Assembly (NCBI GenBank): GCA_051294375.1
Contig: CM119267.1
Location: 1,646,268 to 1,710,145 of the forward strand
Source of the DNA: Paraspadella gotoi
Taxonomy: Eukaryota > Animalia > Chaetognatha
Length of the DNA stretch: 63,878 bases
Direction: 5' to 3'
Shown here: piece after piece, positions 1 through 11,577 of the stretch
Layout: each line of letters begins with the position of its first letter
How positions within the stretch are numbered: the first letter of the stretch is position 1
Translations under genes and position numbers: made by a program
Notes under the pieces: model-generated
The model's input: the letters and a program-made list of their open reading frames with translations, nothing else
Told to the model about the DNA's origin: nothing
Database searches by the model: none

Positions 1-2332
1 CAGTCCGCACGAAACAAGACCGCAAGATCTCCCTGACAGCAACAATTCGAAAAGGCCCGTCGCCCGATCACGTCTCGGACGTTTTCGTCCGATCCCCACG
101 TACCCTATTGGAGGGCGGCTGGTCGCGCTCGGCGCTGAGGGGCGGACGTTCCCAGCGGTTGCAGAGAGACGCTGAGCCTTCGGAGTCCACGGCCGCAGAG
201 GATCATCCACGGTGGGTTTGCGGCTTGCAGGGATTTAACTTGGTGGATTTAAATTTTTTAAAACTTTTTTACAAATTTTTGCCTCGGCCAAACAGGTGGC
301 GCGCTTGTGCAATCCGACTTAGACAGATGCAGGAAGACGGGACGGAAGGTTGGCGCGAGCAATTGGGGCGCAGCTTCAGGCGCTTTATCGCAGGTGATTT
401 GGGAGGTGGCCTCTGTGAAAATTGGATTAAAACTTTATTTGGAAATGGTTGGAAAATTAAAAAAAAAAAGAATGAATTGTTTGGGAAAGACGATAAAAAA
501 AAAAGACAGAAAATTATAGTAAAAAAAATGAGCTTCAAAAAAAAGACAATGAAATTTATAAAAAAATCATTTTTAAATTCCATTTTCTATTTTAGCGTTG
601 AATAAACCAAAGATGTTGTTTAAAGTCGGAGGAATCCAAAAGCTTATTTCAATAAGAACTAAAATCGGAATTTAAGATTTTGGTAGTACCTAATTTCGAT
701 AGGCATTAACAAAGATTACAAGAGTTGCTAATTCTTGCACCAACTCGTTAAATTCCTGACTTTCATCTCGCAATCCTTCCAACTTCTCCAGCAGGTGATC
801 AAAGCCGCCCACACGCTCGGCGCCGAACCGACCTCCGCAGAAGCCCGATGACAACCCTCGAAGCGCTTCTAAGTCCGGCTGGTTGAGATCTCTAGGGAGC
901 GTGACCCGTGCTGTCGACGACGTCACCCAACATTGTCGACTTCTTAGCAATTTACGGAAACAACACATTCTGGAACGACATCACAAGAAAATGCGTCTTG
1001 GCATGCAAGACAGGATGGTGAGTAAGAGCAAATCAGGGATGGTGGAGTAGACAATAATAAGGGATGGTGAGTAGACAAGACAGGGAGATGGTGAGTAAGG
1101 AGTTATCCTTAAATTCCAAATGAAGTTGTTTGTTTAATGGATTGTAAGAGTTTAGCAAGTATACCGTCAGAATAAAAGCATTCTCCTGTTGTGATGGGGA
1201 GACGCGATGGGGGGGTCATATCCTTTGAGGGTGGGCAAAAACTATATACTAGGGGTATGCTCCCAGAGGGATAATTTTTTGGAACATTTAAAGGCAGCCC
1301 TGTTGCAGATCCCTTGACGGTATAAAAAAATTGCCATTCCCCCGAGGGGTAACCGCTAGGTATTAATAAAATATTTAACCCGCTTGCTATTTTTTTTTAA
1401 AAAACAAAATAAGCTTTTTTCAATTAATTTTATTCTAAATATTTTTCTCTCTTTCTTTCTCTTACTTTTCCTATCTGCTCTCTTTCTTTTATCTCTATTA
1501 TTCTTTTTTTTATTCTGTTATTTTTTATCTTTAATTTAATTTTTTTAACTTTTTTTAGGTATGTTATATTAAGAGTACCCCTAAATAATTTAAAAAAACA
1601 TTGTTCTCCTAGCCCTTATCGCCCAGGCAGCCCCTTTTATCACCCTGGGGGACAGCCCCTTCTATTGCCTCAAGGGGCCAGCCCCTTCTATCGTCCCAAG
1701 GGGGAACTCTTAGAGCGATCGGATATTCCTTCAAGTTTTAGGATTAAGGGTTTGTAGTGAGAGATTATGGTTTGAAATTAAGTTTAAGGCATTAAGTAAT
1801 GGAAATGAAGAGAAAAGAAGAGTCCGGAATTCATTATGTATTCACTGATTATCATCAACATTGTCATTCACATGTTCACCATGTCACTCTAAACGACTCT
1901 CTCTCTTCTCTCCTCTCTCTGCTTCTCCTCTCATCTCTCGGTCTCGCGTCCGGGGGGCGTGCGTCTGCTCGCGCTCTCGTCGTGGTCGTGCGGTCTGGTC
2001 TTGGATGTCGCGTCGTGTGGGTGCAAGGGCGGTGTTGGTGCGACTTGGTTGGTGTTGGGCGAAAGCGGACGTGTGTAAGTGCGACAATGTTCGCGAAAAT
2101 AAAATTTGGCTCTTAACGATGGGAAAGCACTCTCACCGGGGATCTAACTTCTATATATACTACGATGAAATGTTGTTCTGAGTTGAGATCCCAAGGGCGC
2201 GCGGTCGTCGCCCTTCCGTTCAAGTCCGCGTGAACTAAATATTTTTTTTAGTCGAAAACTCGAAACCCTCAGCCTTAATTATTTATTTAATTTTAATTTT
2301 TCTTCTCGAATTTAATAAATATCGTCGGTCGT

Positions 2333-2364
<32 letters not shown>

Positions 2365-5287
2365 CGTCGTCGTCGTCGTCGTCGGTCCGTCCGTCGTCGT
2401 CCGTCGTCGTCGTCGTCGTCTTCCACTTCAATGAGTTTTTTCTCGACCCGATAGATTTTTGGAAATTTAATATTTAATTTTTTAAAAGTTAAGCCATCCT
2501 GAGAAGAATAACCCCACCCCTTTTAAAAATTACCACCTTATGCTAAATAATGAAAACACAATTCGATTTTTTTAAATGTTAAAATGTTAAAATATGTTAA
2601 ATGTTAAAAAAATCTTTTCCTCCTAAAAAACGGTCTTCTCTTAAACTTTGTTATTTAAGTGATCTGACACAAATTGATTGTGTTTTTCCATAATTTTTTT
2701 TTTTCCTAATCTATTTTGTTTGGAAAAAAATCGTGGAAGAGGAAAAGATATACATGAAGATGCTCTTTTGTGGATGAGAGAACTTTCACTTTTGATCAAA
2801 AGAGGGGCGGGATTTAACCCAAAACGAAAGCAAGAACAGAAAACATCGATCGTTGCCTCGAAAGTTTTTACTTTTACCACCGTCTAAAGTCAGGGGAAAG
2901 ATAGTTTATTTATTATAATTTGATATCTTATATTCCATTTTATTTTAAAATATCAATTCTTATTCAAATTGGAGCGATTTAAGAAATAATACTGGTTTTT
3001 CTTAAGTCCGATTTCCTCTTAATATTCGCCTTAGAATCTCCTTTTCATTCAACATGTACTTACCCGACCCCCCGCCCCCTCCCTCCCTTTCCCCTCCCCC
3101 TCAGCGCCCTCCTCACGCGATTCGGCGACGATGGTGAGCGGAACGATCCACTCGAGTCTGCGACGCCGTCCTCCAAGAACCTCAACATTACGAGGAGATA
3201 CTACGCGGAGAGACGTCAGAGAATGCGTGGAGATTCTGAGGAAGCAGCTCCCATGCCCACTTTGACCAACAAGTCACGGGATACAGTGAATGGAAGACTA
3301 GTGAGAATTTATCAATTAAATGCAATAATCTAATCTATTAATCAATCAATCAATCAATGAATGAAATTTTAAATTTAAATCAATCTAACCAATCAAACCT
3401 TATAACCTCTTATCTTCTCTCCTCTCTCTTCTCTCTCTCTCATCTCTCGCTCTCTCTCATCTCTCTCTCTCGTCAGTCTCTCTCGTATCTCTCTTCTCCT
3501 CTCTCTCTCTTCTGCTCCCCAAGGCGATGCACCGTAGATTACCGACGTGGATGAGAAATGAATTCATCGACGCGTCGAGTCTCGTTTATCGAACGGAATC
3601 CGTGACATTCGATGCGCGGTTCTCATGAACCACGACCCCGATGCCTTTTATGATTAATGATGAGGCGATGGACGGGGGAGTGATAGAGTTGAGCTTTTTA
3701 TATCCAGGTGAGAGAGAATGGAGAGAGAGATTGATGCCTTTTATGATAAATGGAATGAGGCGATGAAAGGGGGGAAAGTGATAGAGGGAAGCTTTATATC
3801 TCAGGTGAGAGAGAAGGAGAGAGAGATGAAGCTTTTATGATAATGATGAAGGCGATGGACGGGGAAGTGATATAGAGGGAGCTTATATCCAGGTGAGAGA
3901 GAAGGAGAGAGAGATGATGCCTTTATGATAATGAATGAGGCGATGGACGGGGAAGTGATAGCAGGGAGGCTTTATATCCAGGTGAGAGAGAGGAGAGAGA
4001 GGATGATGCCTTTTATGATAATGATGAGCGCGATGGAGCGGGTGAAAGTGTAGAGGGAGCTTTAATATCAGGTGAGAAGAGGAGAGAGAGATCGAATGCC
4101 TTTTATGAATAATGATGAGGCGATGGATTGGGGGTTGATAGTGATAGAGGGAGCTTTATGATCCAGGTGAGAGAGAAAGGAGAAGAGAGATGATGCTTTT
4201 ATGATAATGATGAGGCGATGGACGGGGGAAGTGATAGAGGGAGCTTTATAATCCAGGTGAGAGAAGAAGGAAGAGAGAGATGATGCCTTTTATGATAATG
4301 GATGAGCGATGGATGGGGGAAGTGATAAGGAGCGCGTTTATATCCAGGTGAGAGAAGAAGGAGGAGAGAGATGATGCCCGTTTGAATGATAAATGATGAG
4401 GCGATGGACGGGTGGAAGGTGATAAGAGGGAGCTTTATATCCAGGTGAGAGAGAAGGAGAGAGAGATTATGCCTTTTATGATAATGATGAGGCGATGAAC
4501 GGGTGAAGTGATTAGAGGAGACTTATATCCAGGGTGTGAGAGAGAAGGAGAGAGAGATGATGCCTTATGATAAATGATGAAGGCGATGGACGGGGAAGTG
4601 ATTAGAGGGAGCTTTAATATCCAGGCGAGATGAGAAGGAGAGAGAGATGGACAATGCCCTTTTATATAATGATTGAGGCGATGGACGGGGAAGTGATAGA
4701 GGGCAGCTTTAATATCCAAGGCGAGAGAGGAGAGAGAGATGTCTTTTATGATAATGATGAAGGGCGGATGGACGGGGGACAGTGATAGAGGGAGCTTTAT
4801 ATCCAGGTGAGAGAGGAGAAGAGATGATGCCTTTTTGATAATGATGAGGCGATGGACGGGTTGAAGTGATAGAGGGAGCTTTATAATCCAGTGAGAGAGA
4901 ATGGAGAGAGAGATGAATGCCCTTTTATGATAATTGATGAGGCGATGGACGGGGGGAAGTGATAGAGGGAGCTTTATATGCCAGGGCGAGAGAGAACGGA
5001 GAGAGAGATGATGCCTTTTATGAATATGATGAGGCGATGGACGTGGGAAGTGATAGAGGGAGCTCTATATCCAGGCGAGAGAGAAGGAAGAGAGAGATGA
5101 ATGCCTTTTTATGATAATGAATGAGGCGATGGACGGGGGAAGTGATAAAGGGAAAGAGAAGAGGGGAGGGAAGGAGCAAAATAATTCTAAATTCACAAAG
5201 TCGTATAAATAGAGAGATTCCTAATCAGGATCAATATGGAACCCGTTACATAGACCAGGACACTACCGATTGAACCAAGACAGATGA
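1..5287 (+). CDS. 3' part of a multi-exon gene, probably a DH-PH (Dbl-family RhoGEF-like) protein. Approximate exons: 1-211, 296-393, 703-1017, ~2080-2223, ~2665-2888, 3105-3300, 3524-3707, 5229-5287
   Basis: GC-richer blocks bounded by AG/GT. Manual translation tolerating indels gives WRACAIRLRQMQEDG..SFRRFIA and KELLILAPTRKIPDFHLAILQLLQQV (resembles the DH C-terminal 'LLIKPVQRIPRYxLLL' motif), NFYIYYDEMLF (PH beta2-3-like) and EDALLWMRELSLLIKR (PH C-terminal Trp helix). A terminal exon ends in TGA with AATAAA at ~5441. Several frameshifts had to be assumed. Confidence 0.45.
1010..1100 (+). repeat. Four degenerate copies of GGATGGTGAGTA(G)ACAA repeating an exon/intron junction
   Basis: Copies visible at ~1013, 1036, 1061 and 1086. 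Confidence 0.7.
1608..1705 (+). repeat. Short minisatellite, ~25-27 bp unit (CAGCCCCTTCTATCGCCCAAGGGG), ~4 copies
   Basis: Visible degenerate tandem copies. Confidence 0.7.
2322..2420. repeat. (GTC)n microsatellite
   Basis: Direct reading. Confidence 0.95.
3640..5150 (+). repeat. Minisatellite, ~87-bp consensus, about 17 copies
   Basis: Consensus GATGATGCCTTTTATGATAATGATGAGGCGATGGACGGGGAAGTGATAGAGGGAGCTTTATATCCAGGTGAGAGAGAAGGAGAGAGA; copies differ mainly by single-base indels. Confidence 0.95.
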
Positions 5288-5465
5288 ATCTTTCGTTGAC
5301 GATTTCATTATTTTCTTTTTTGGTTTCAAGACAATCGAGGCGTAACTGAGACGTTGACAATCACGAAAGACAAACAACACTAGAGTCATAAATGAAACAT
5401 TTGCCCGAAAGAGGTAAAAGTTAAGATCGACAAGGAGGTAAAATAAAAATAAATAAATTATAATA

Positions 5466-6213
5466 CAAGGAATTTCAAATGGGAGTTGATTGAAATGTTC
5501 AAAATATTGTGGCTAAATGATTTGGTTATAAGCAACTTCAGATTTTGTGCACTTTGGTAGAAAAAATCGCTGACGTGTTTTTAATTGTGCCAGACTCCCC
5601 GAGTAGGCCCAGGCTCGCTTACTTTCTTAGTTTATGTGCTCATCCAATGGCATGGTCGAATTTCAAAAGAATTCTTTTTTTGCATTTGATACGACATTCC
5701 TGTTATAAAATATATTTGTTATGAACAAGAGTGGAAATGTCTGAGCAACTTCAGATGTCAAACTTTTTTCACAACTAACAATGACAGCCGTTTTCAAATT
5801 TATTAGGTTTTCTAGTTACAAACTTATAAAAAATTTCAGCTTTGAAAAAAAAAATTGAAAAACAATGATCTGCAAGAGTTTGGTTGACTAACTAAACCTT
5901 AAAATATATTAATGAAATTGTTTTTCAAATGCTCCGAGAACATTATAGTATACTAACTAATAAGATGTAAAAGAAATTTAACAATGTTTGTCTCAAATTT
6001 TTTGCATAATGAATTTGTAAAAAGTTGGAATTATAATAAGAGGGGAGAAATGTTGCAAAAAAGGCTGACTGGAAGGCAAGCTACCAGATTTGCTGATGAT
6101 AAAGTATTATCAATGCTGCTTTTATAAGAATATAAACTCAGGGAATTTTAACAAATAAAATTAATAATATTAATCACGTTTCTTTCAATTTCACTCCCAT
6201 TTTGAAATCCGTC
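5466..6213. mobile_element. Non-autonomous TIR DNA transposon (MITE-like, possibly Tc1/mariner superfamily)
   Basis: Left end TA-CAAGGAATTTCAAATGGGAGTTGATTGAAA; right end reverse-complements to TA-GACGGATTTCAAAATGGGAGTGAAATTGAAA; AT-rich non-coding interior. Confidence 0.7.
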
Positions 6214-9200
6214 TAAAATAAATAAATAAAAACATTTTCTGTTTCATTTGTTTTGTTTTAGTTGCAGATTTATTTAATGATGAATGCAGTAGTTCAATAA
6301 TACTTCACTCATTAGCCGATCAGAAATCAATCAACAATGGAATATCTTGATCAAATCAAAGCCATCAATCAATTCAATCTTCCAGGTCCAAGACTTCAAA
6401 CCGAGCAAAAAGTTCAAATTTGAATGAAGCGAAGTCAGATAAAATTCGAAGATTCTGGGAACGACTTATGATTCTCTTAGCGAAAGAAATGGCGAATGAT
6501 GCAAGACAGTGTCCCGCCTTCACTAAAGGCAAAGGCCCGCTCAAGAAACAATACGGATGTCATCAATATCGCCACGCAGATTAGTCTTAAAGGTTTTATT
6601 GGATGACTTGTGCGGAGGGAAGGGTTGTGATTGGTCGAGAGGTCACGTGGAGTGGGGGACAAGAAAATTAATACTCAGCGCTCACTCTGGTCATGCTCAT
6701 ACTCTTGTCTTTTCAAAAGCAATTGAAACATTCTTTGAAACACGAGTATACCCACTTCATTGAATATGGAAGACCAGGAGTACTTACTTTGCTGGGAGTG
6801 TAATAAACGAGACTGTGAGAGAGTCTTGATTGAAAAGCCTTGCTGAGGCCTTAAACACCAAAGCCTGTCAAAGTCAGGGGCAAGCAATGAATGGATAGTT
6901 TTTTTATATTGGTTATAAACCAATTAAGAATGTTAATTGGTAATTAATGAAATAAATTAGGGAATTTATCAAGACTACTGAGGAACGTCAAATTGAAAAC
7001 CTTATGATAGAAAATGCAGGCGCCCGTTGAATTTCCCATATTTTTACCGATCCGGTGGGTCAAAAGTCAGGCAGGCAACTTAGTTAGTTTGTATTGAGAT
7101 ATATACAGGTTTTTACTAGGTTTTGACTAGCGGTGTCAATTTTTTGGGCATGAGTGAATCAAATAAGAGGTTTTGGATTCTTTTATACAGGTTCATACTG
7201 GATCGGGAGGTAAGGGGTAAAATTGTTCCCTTGTTCAGGTTGGGCTGGCGTCCATTTGTTCCCATTTGGGCCAATGAAAGAATGTTCCATTTCTACTTCC
7301 CGGCTGGAATTTTCATGCAGAGTCGTTGATCCGATTTCGATTCTGGAGTCTTGAATTTCCACTGCGATGGTTTCAATCGGAAACCAAATTTCAACTGGCT
7401 TCTTTTTTGAGAATTGAATAAGCGTTTAAATTGCTATAATAGCGCTGAAGATCCGGTTTAAAATTGATACAACTACATAAAATTATCCATATCGATTTTA
7501 ATATCTTGCCCCCCGACTTTGGACAGCTCTGGTGATTTAGTATGGCCTCCAGTCACTCTTACAGAGATATTCAATCGGGAATCTCGTCTCGTCCTTGTCG
7601 CTCCCAGAGAAGTTTCTTCCTAACAATACGAACTTTTTTCAATTGAATAAAAGGATACTATAGTATATCTCGTCCAATGAATCCACTCTGAATATCATTT
7701 CCAATCTCTTCAACAACGCGAACGCCTGAACGAATTGGCCAAGGAGATCGTGGACAAATGTCCCCGACGGTCCCCTTAAGACCGACCTCCTCGCGCGCCT
7801 CTCCAAAGATCCCAGTCCATCAGCTCAATCAGTTGAAAGATGAACAATCGAAAGTCCAAGAAACGATAGTTTCGTTCTTGAGCGGAGAAACTCGTATATG
7901 CCGGGTTGGACTCGATTATGTCGCTCATTCAGTCGTGGGGAAAAGGGGAGTAAGGGGGAGGAAGGGGGGGAGGAAGAGGGGAGGGGGGGGAGAGTGAAAG
8001 GGAGAAGGAACATGGCAGAGGGGAGAGGGAGAAGAAGGAACGAAGGATAGACGTGGGGAAGACTTTACCCTTGCAAGCTGGACGTGGTATTAGAACGGTC
8101 CACAGATAAAGAAAATGAATGGATGAGAAATGTATATTAATTAATAATACATAATATAATATATAATAATAATAATAATAATTGAATATAATAATGACAT
8201 ACTTAGATAATGTAAATAATTATAAATCAATAGTTAAATAATATTACTCTATGCTTATTATATATTTTAATTAAAGGAACTGACTTCTGAAAGTCTAGGG
8301 AAAGGAGATAATAACTATACTACTATCTAATACGTAAGGAATTAAATAGTTTTGGGAAAAGGAAAAGGTCATATCTTTCTCTCTTTCTCTCTCTCTCTCT
8401 TCTCTCACTCTCTCTCTCTCTCTCTCACTCTCTTCTCTCTCTCTCAGTCATATCTCTCTCGTTCTCTGTCGTATACGTGGCTCGTCAGACTCCTCTTCCA
8501 TCTCTCAAGATGCGATCTGCGTCCCTCGCGTCTCCTCTCTCTCTCTCTCTATTCCCGTCCTCAATCCCCCAACACAGTCATCCTCTCTCCTCCTCCTCCT
8601 GCCTCCTCCTCCTCCCCTCTCCTTCAGTCGCCAAGAAACTTGAATCACTGCCGTTGGAGAGACAATCAATCTCTTGCTACATTTGCTGGTTTTCCAGCAG
8701 CACAATGAAGAAAGCGAAGATTCGCTGAGAAAAGCGTCTCTCCAGCTAATGATGCCCTCTGGTCAGTAAGGAGAGACGTTTTCCGTTGGGAGTAATGAAA
8801 ATGGGTTAGATAAGAAAGAAATTCATTTGTTTTAATACCCTTTTGTTTTTAAATGATAGTAAAAAGAAAAGTAATCGTGCGCAACAGCCTTGTTATATTG
8901 GGTTTGTACACCAATTGTAAAAAGGAATAAAAAGTAGCCAGCTATCTAATTATAAATAAAATACTGTATTGGTAGTAAAATCAATGGAAACACTAAAATG
9001 TTTTTAAGCAATTTAAAAAATCACTACTAATGATATTCTAACATTGTATAATTCCGACTACAGTGGAAGATGAAAGCCTCCAGAGAAGAAGGCCGCTCAT
9101 TCGCGTCGACAGACTAGAAGGCTCGTGACGACGAGAACGGACGACGACGACGCGACGAAGAAAGACGTCGGAATCTGAGGAGACGCAGAAAGGAAGCGAG

Positions 9201-9272
9201 GAAGAAAGTGACGAGGAGCTCCACTGAGGACGAGAGAGTTTGGGGAGACTGTGGCTCAAGCAAGTTCACGTT

Positions 9273-9307
9273 TGAGAGAGAGAGAGAGAGAGAGAGAAGA
9301 GAGAGAG

Positions 9308-9347
<40 letters not shown>
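9273..9347. repeat. (GA)n microsatellite
   Basis: Direct reading. Confidence 0.95.
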
Positions 9348-9350
<3 letters not shown>

Positions 9351-10404
9351 TGCTTCCTTTCTGCTTGAGTTTGATCGTCGTTCTTTTTTTCGAAATCTGG
9401 CTTCGATTTCCAGTGAAGAATTGGATTGGTCCCAGATTGATTGGTCGAGCTTGGTCGAGCTTGCTTGATCCAATTTGATTGATTGGCTTCTGCGTTTGAA
9501 TGATCGATTAATAGCAATGCTCGCCCGTGCTTGTAATTTGTTAGGCTTGCATCAATTCATTCAGCTTGAATTTCAATAAGTTTTCCTTCCACCGAGGTGG
9601 CGGAATTTTAATGAAAACTAAATATATGATTTAAAAAAAGAAAAATAAACGAAACAATCACTGACGAAAAAGAAAAAAATATTGTTTTTTTTTCTCTTCG
9701 GTTTGTAAGGCAGGAATAAATTCCATTAAAGTTTATGTATCATCAACGATAATTTTAATATCAAATGACGTGCTTACGGTTTTGCCAGTCCAATCATTCC
9801 AGATTCGTTCAGGCAGCTAACAAAAATATTGATTTTCACTTAAAATCAAAAAAATGATTAATGACATGTGATAAATTATTGATTATACTAATCATGATGA
9901 CGTTACAAAACACGAAAACAACTAATTGTGCTTTTTGGTTTCATGTTTTTTTAAGTCCCGCCGTCCACTCGTCTTTTGTTTTATTAATGTTCTTACTGTA
10001 CTAAGTTCAACTTTCCATCGGAAAGCGTCTGTGGTTTGTACAGTAAACTTTTTGATTTGAACGTTAAAAGAAAATTATTATGTTTTCAGTGTTAATAAAA
10101 ATGATGTTATGTGTTACGTAATTGTTTAATTGCGGTAGGCTTTGAATCGAAAATCTTACTGTATCTTACTTGGTATCTAACTGTATTTTCCAAGGGAAAT
10201 AATCACGAATTAGATTTTGTGTATCAATCGGTGATTGGATTTTGTTTCGAAATACAAATTATAATAATTATAATTATAATAAACTTTCCGCGCGATTCGA
10301 TTCAAATTTTTTGTTTAAAAACGGTCGAGTTAGTTTATATATATAGTATATATATATATATATATAATATATAATATAATTTTTATATATATATATAATA
10401 CATA

Positions 10405-10611
10405 CGAAACATAGAAACGCTTCATTAATTAAGAAAAACATTAAGTCATTCATATCATATATGCAATTAAAATTAAGAGACGAATTGGTTTATTGTCAAC
10501 AACAATTTTTTATTAATGGAGACAAACATGTTTCCGGGCGCATGATTCCAGGCCTTCATCAGCGTCAAAGTTTTTGAGAAATCACTCACAAATTTTCTAC
10601 AAAAGAAAAGA

Positions 10612-10653
<42 letters not shown>

Positions 10654-10791
10654 GAGAGAGAGAGAAGAGAGAGAGAACGAGAAGAGAGAGAAGGGCAAGT
10701 TTCCAACACAAAGTGGTCAATGGTGAGAGATGCTAAGGGTAAAGACCAGAAAGATTTCAGTTTTGAAAAGAGTGAAATGTCTATTGAAGAG

Positions 10792-10824
<33 letters not shown>

Positions 10825-11323
10825 GAGAGAGAAGAGAGAGAAGAGAGAGAGAGAGAGAGANNNNNNNNNNNNNNNNNNNNNNNNNGAGAGATTTTTTAAA
10901 AGTTTTAATTTTTAAGTTTTTATGCACGTGTTTTATTTTTTAATTTTTTTCAAAATCAAAGCGAACAGAAATATTCGAAAAAACTTTTTAATCGCGATCC
11001 AAGACGTCATCTGTTCAGTCATTGAAACAAAAGACAATTGAAAGGAAATTTTGAAGTCGTTTTTGTCGTCGTCGTCGTCATCATCTCCACCATCGTCATC
11101 ATCGTCTTCCTCGTCATCATCGTCTTCCTCGTCGTCGTCGTCATCATCTCCACCATCGTCATCGTCGTCTTCGTCGTCCCAGTCGTCCACCCAACCGGTC
11201 AACTTCGCTTGTGCTGCCATGAGTCATTGGCGCAGTCAATGGGGCGCAATAACCTTTTTGGCGTAGAACGCAATGACGCAATCAATGAGGTGAGTTAACG
11301 TTTTTCTTGAGAGAAGGGAATGG

Positions 11324-11377
<54 letters not shown>

Positions 11378-11577
11378 TTCTCAAGCTTTTTTATTTTCAA
11401 AACAATATTGTACTAACAAATTTTTGCAGTTTTCGATTGTTTAATCTCTATATTTTTCTTCATGTTATTTTTATTATATTTTATTTGTTATTTTTAGCAC
11501 GACTATCTGTTTCTATAAAATATTCTATTCTCTTTTTATCCTTTTATATTCTGCCCAATTTAGTCTCTTCCAAAAAA
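10405..11577 (+). repeat. Diverged segmental duplicate, copy A (paralogous to ~22358-23352)
   Basis: Shared blocks include AAACATAGAAA.GCTTCATTAAT, GATCCAAGACGTCATCTGTT, CAACCGGTCAACTTCGC..GTGCTGCCATGAGTCATTGGCGCAGTCAATGGGGCGCAAT and the ~200-bp AT-rich stretch before both gaps. The copies differ by substitutions and block indels. Confidence 0.85.

Noticed and set aside
1245-1363. Small hairpin or MITE
   Set aside because: The inverted match is too degenerate to support.
3640-5150. CRISPR-like array
   Set aside because: The units are contiguous with no unique spacers, the context is eukaryotic, and there are no cas genes.
10933-11220. Minus-strand poly-Asp ORF MAAQAKLTGWVDDWDD
   Set aside because: Mostly trinucleotide repeat; the paralogous copy has an early stop, and strand and frame cannot be decided.
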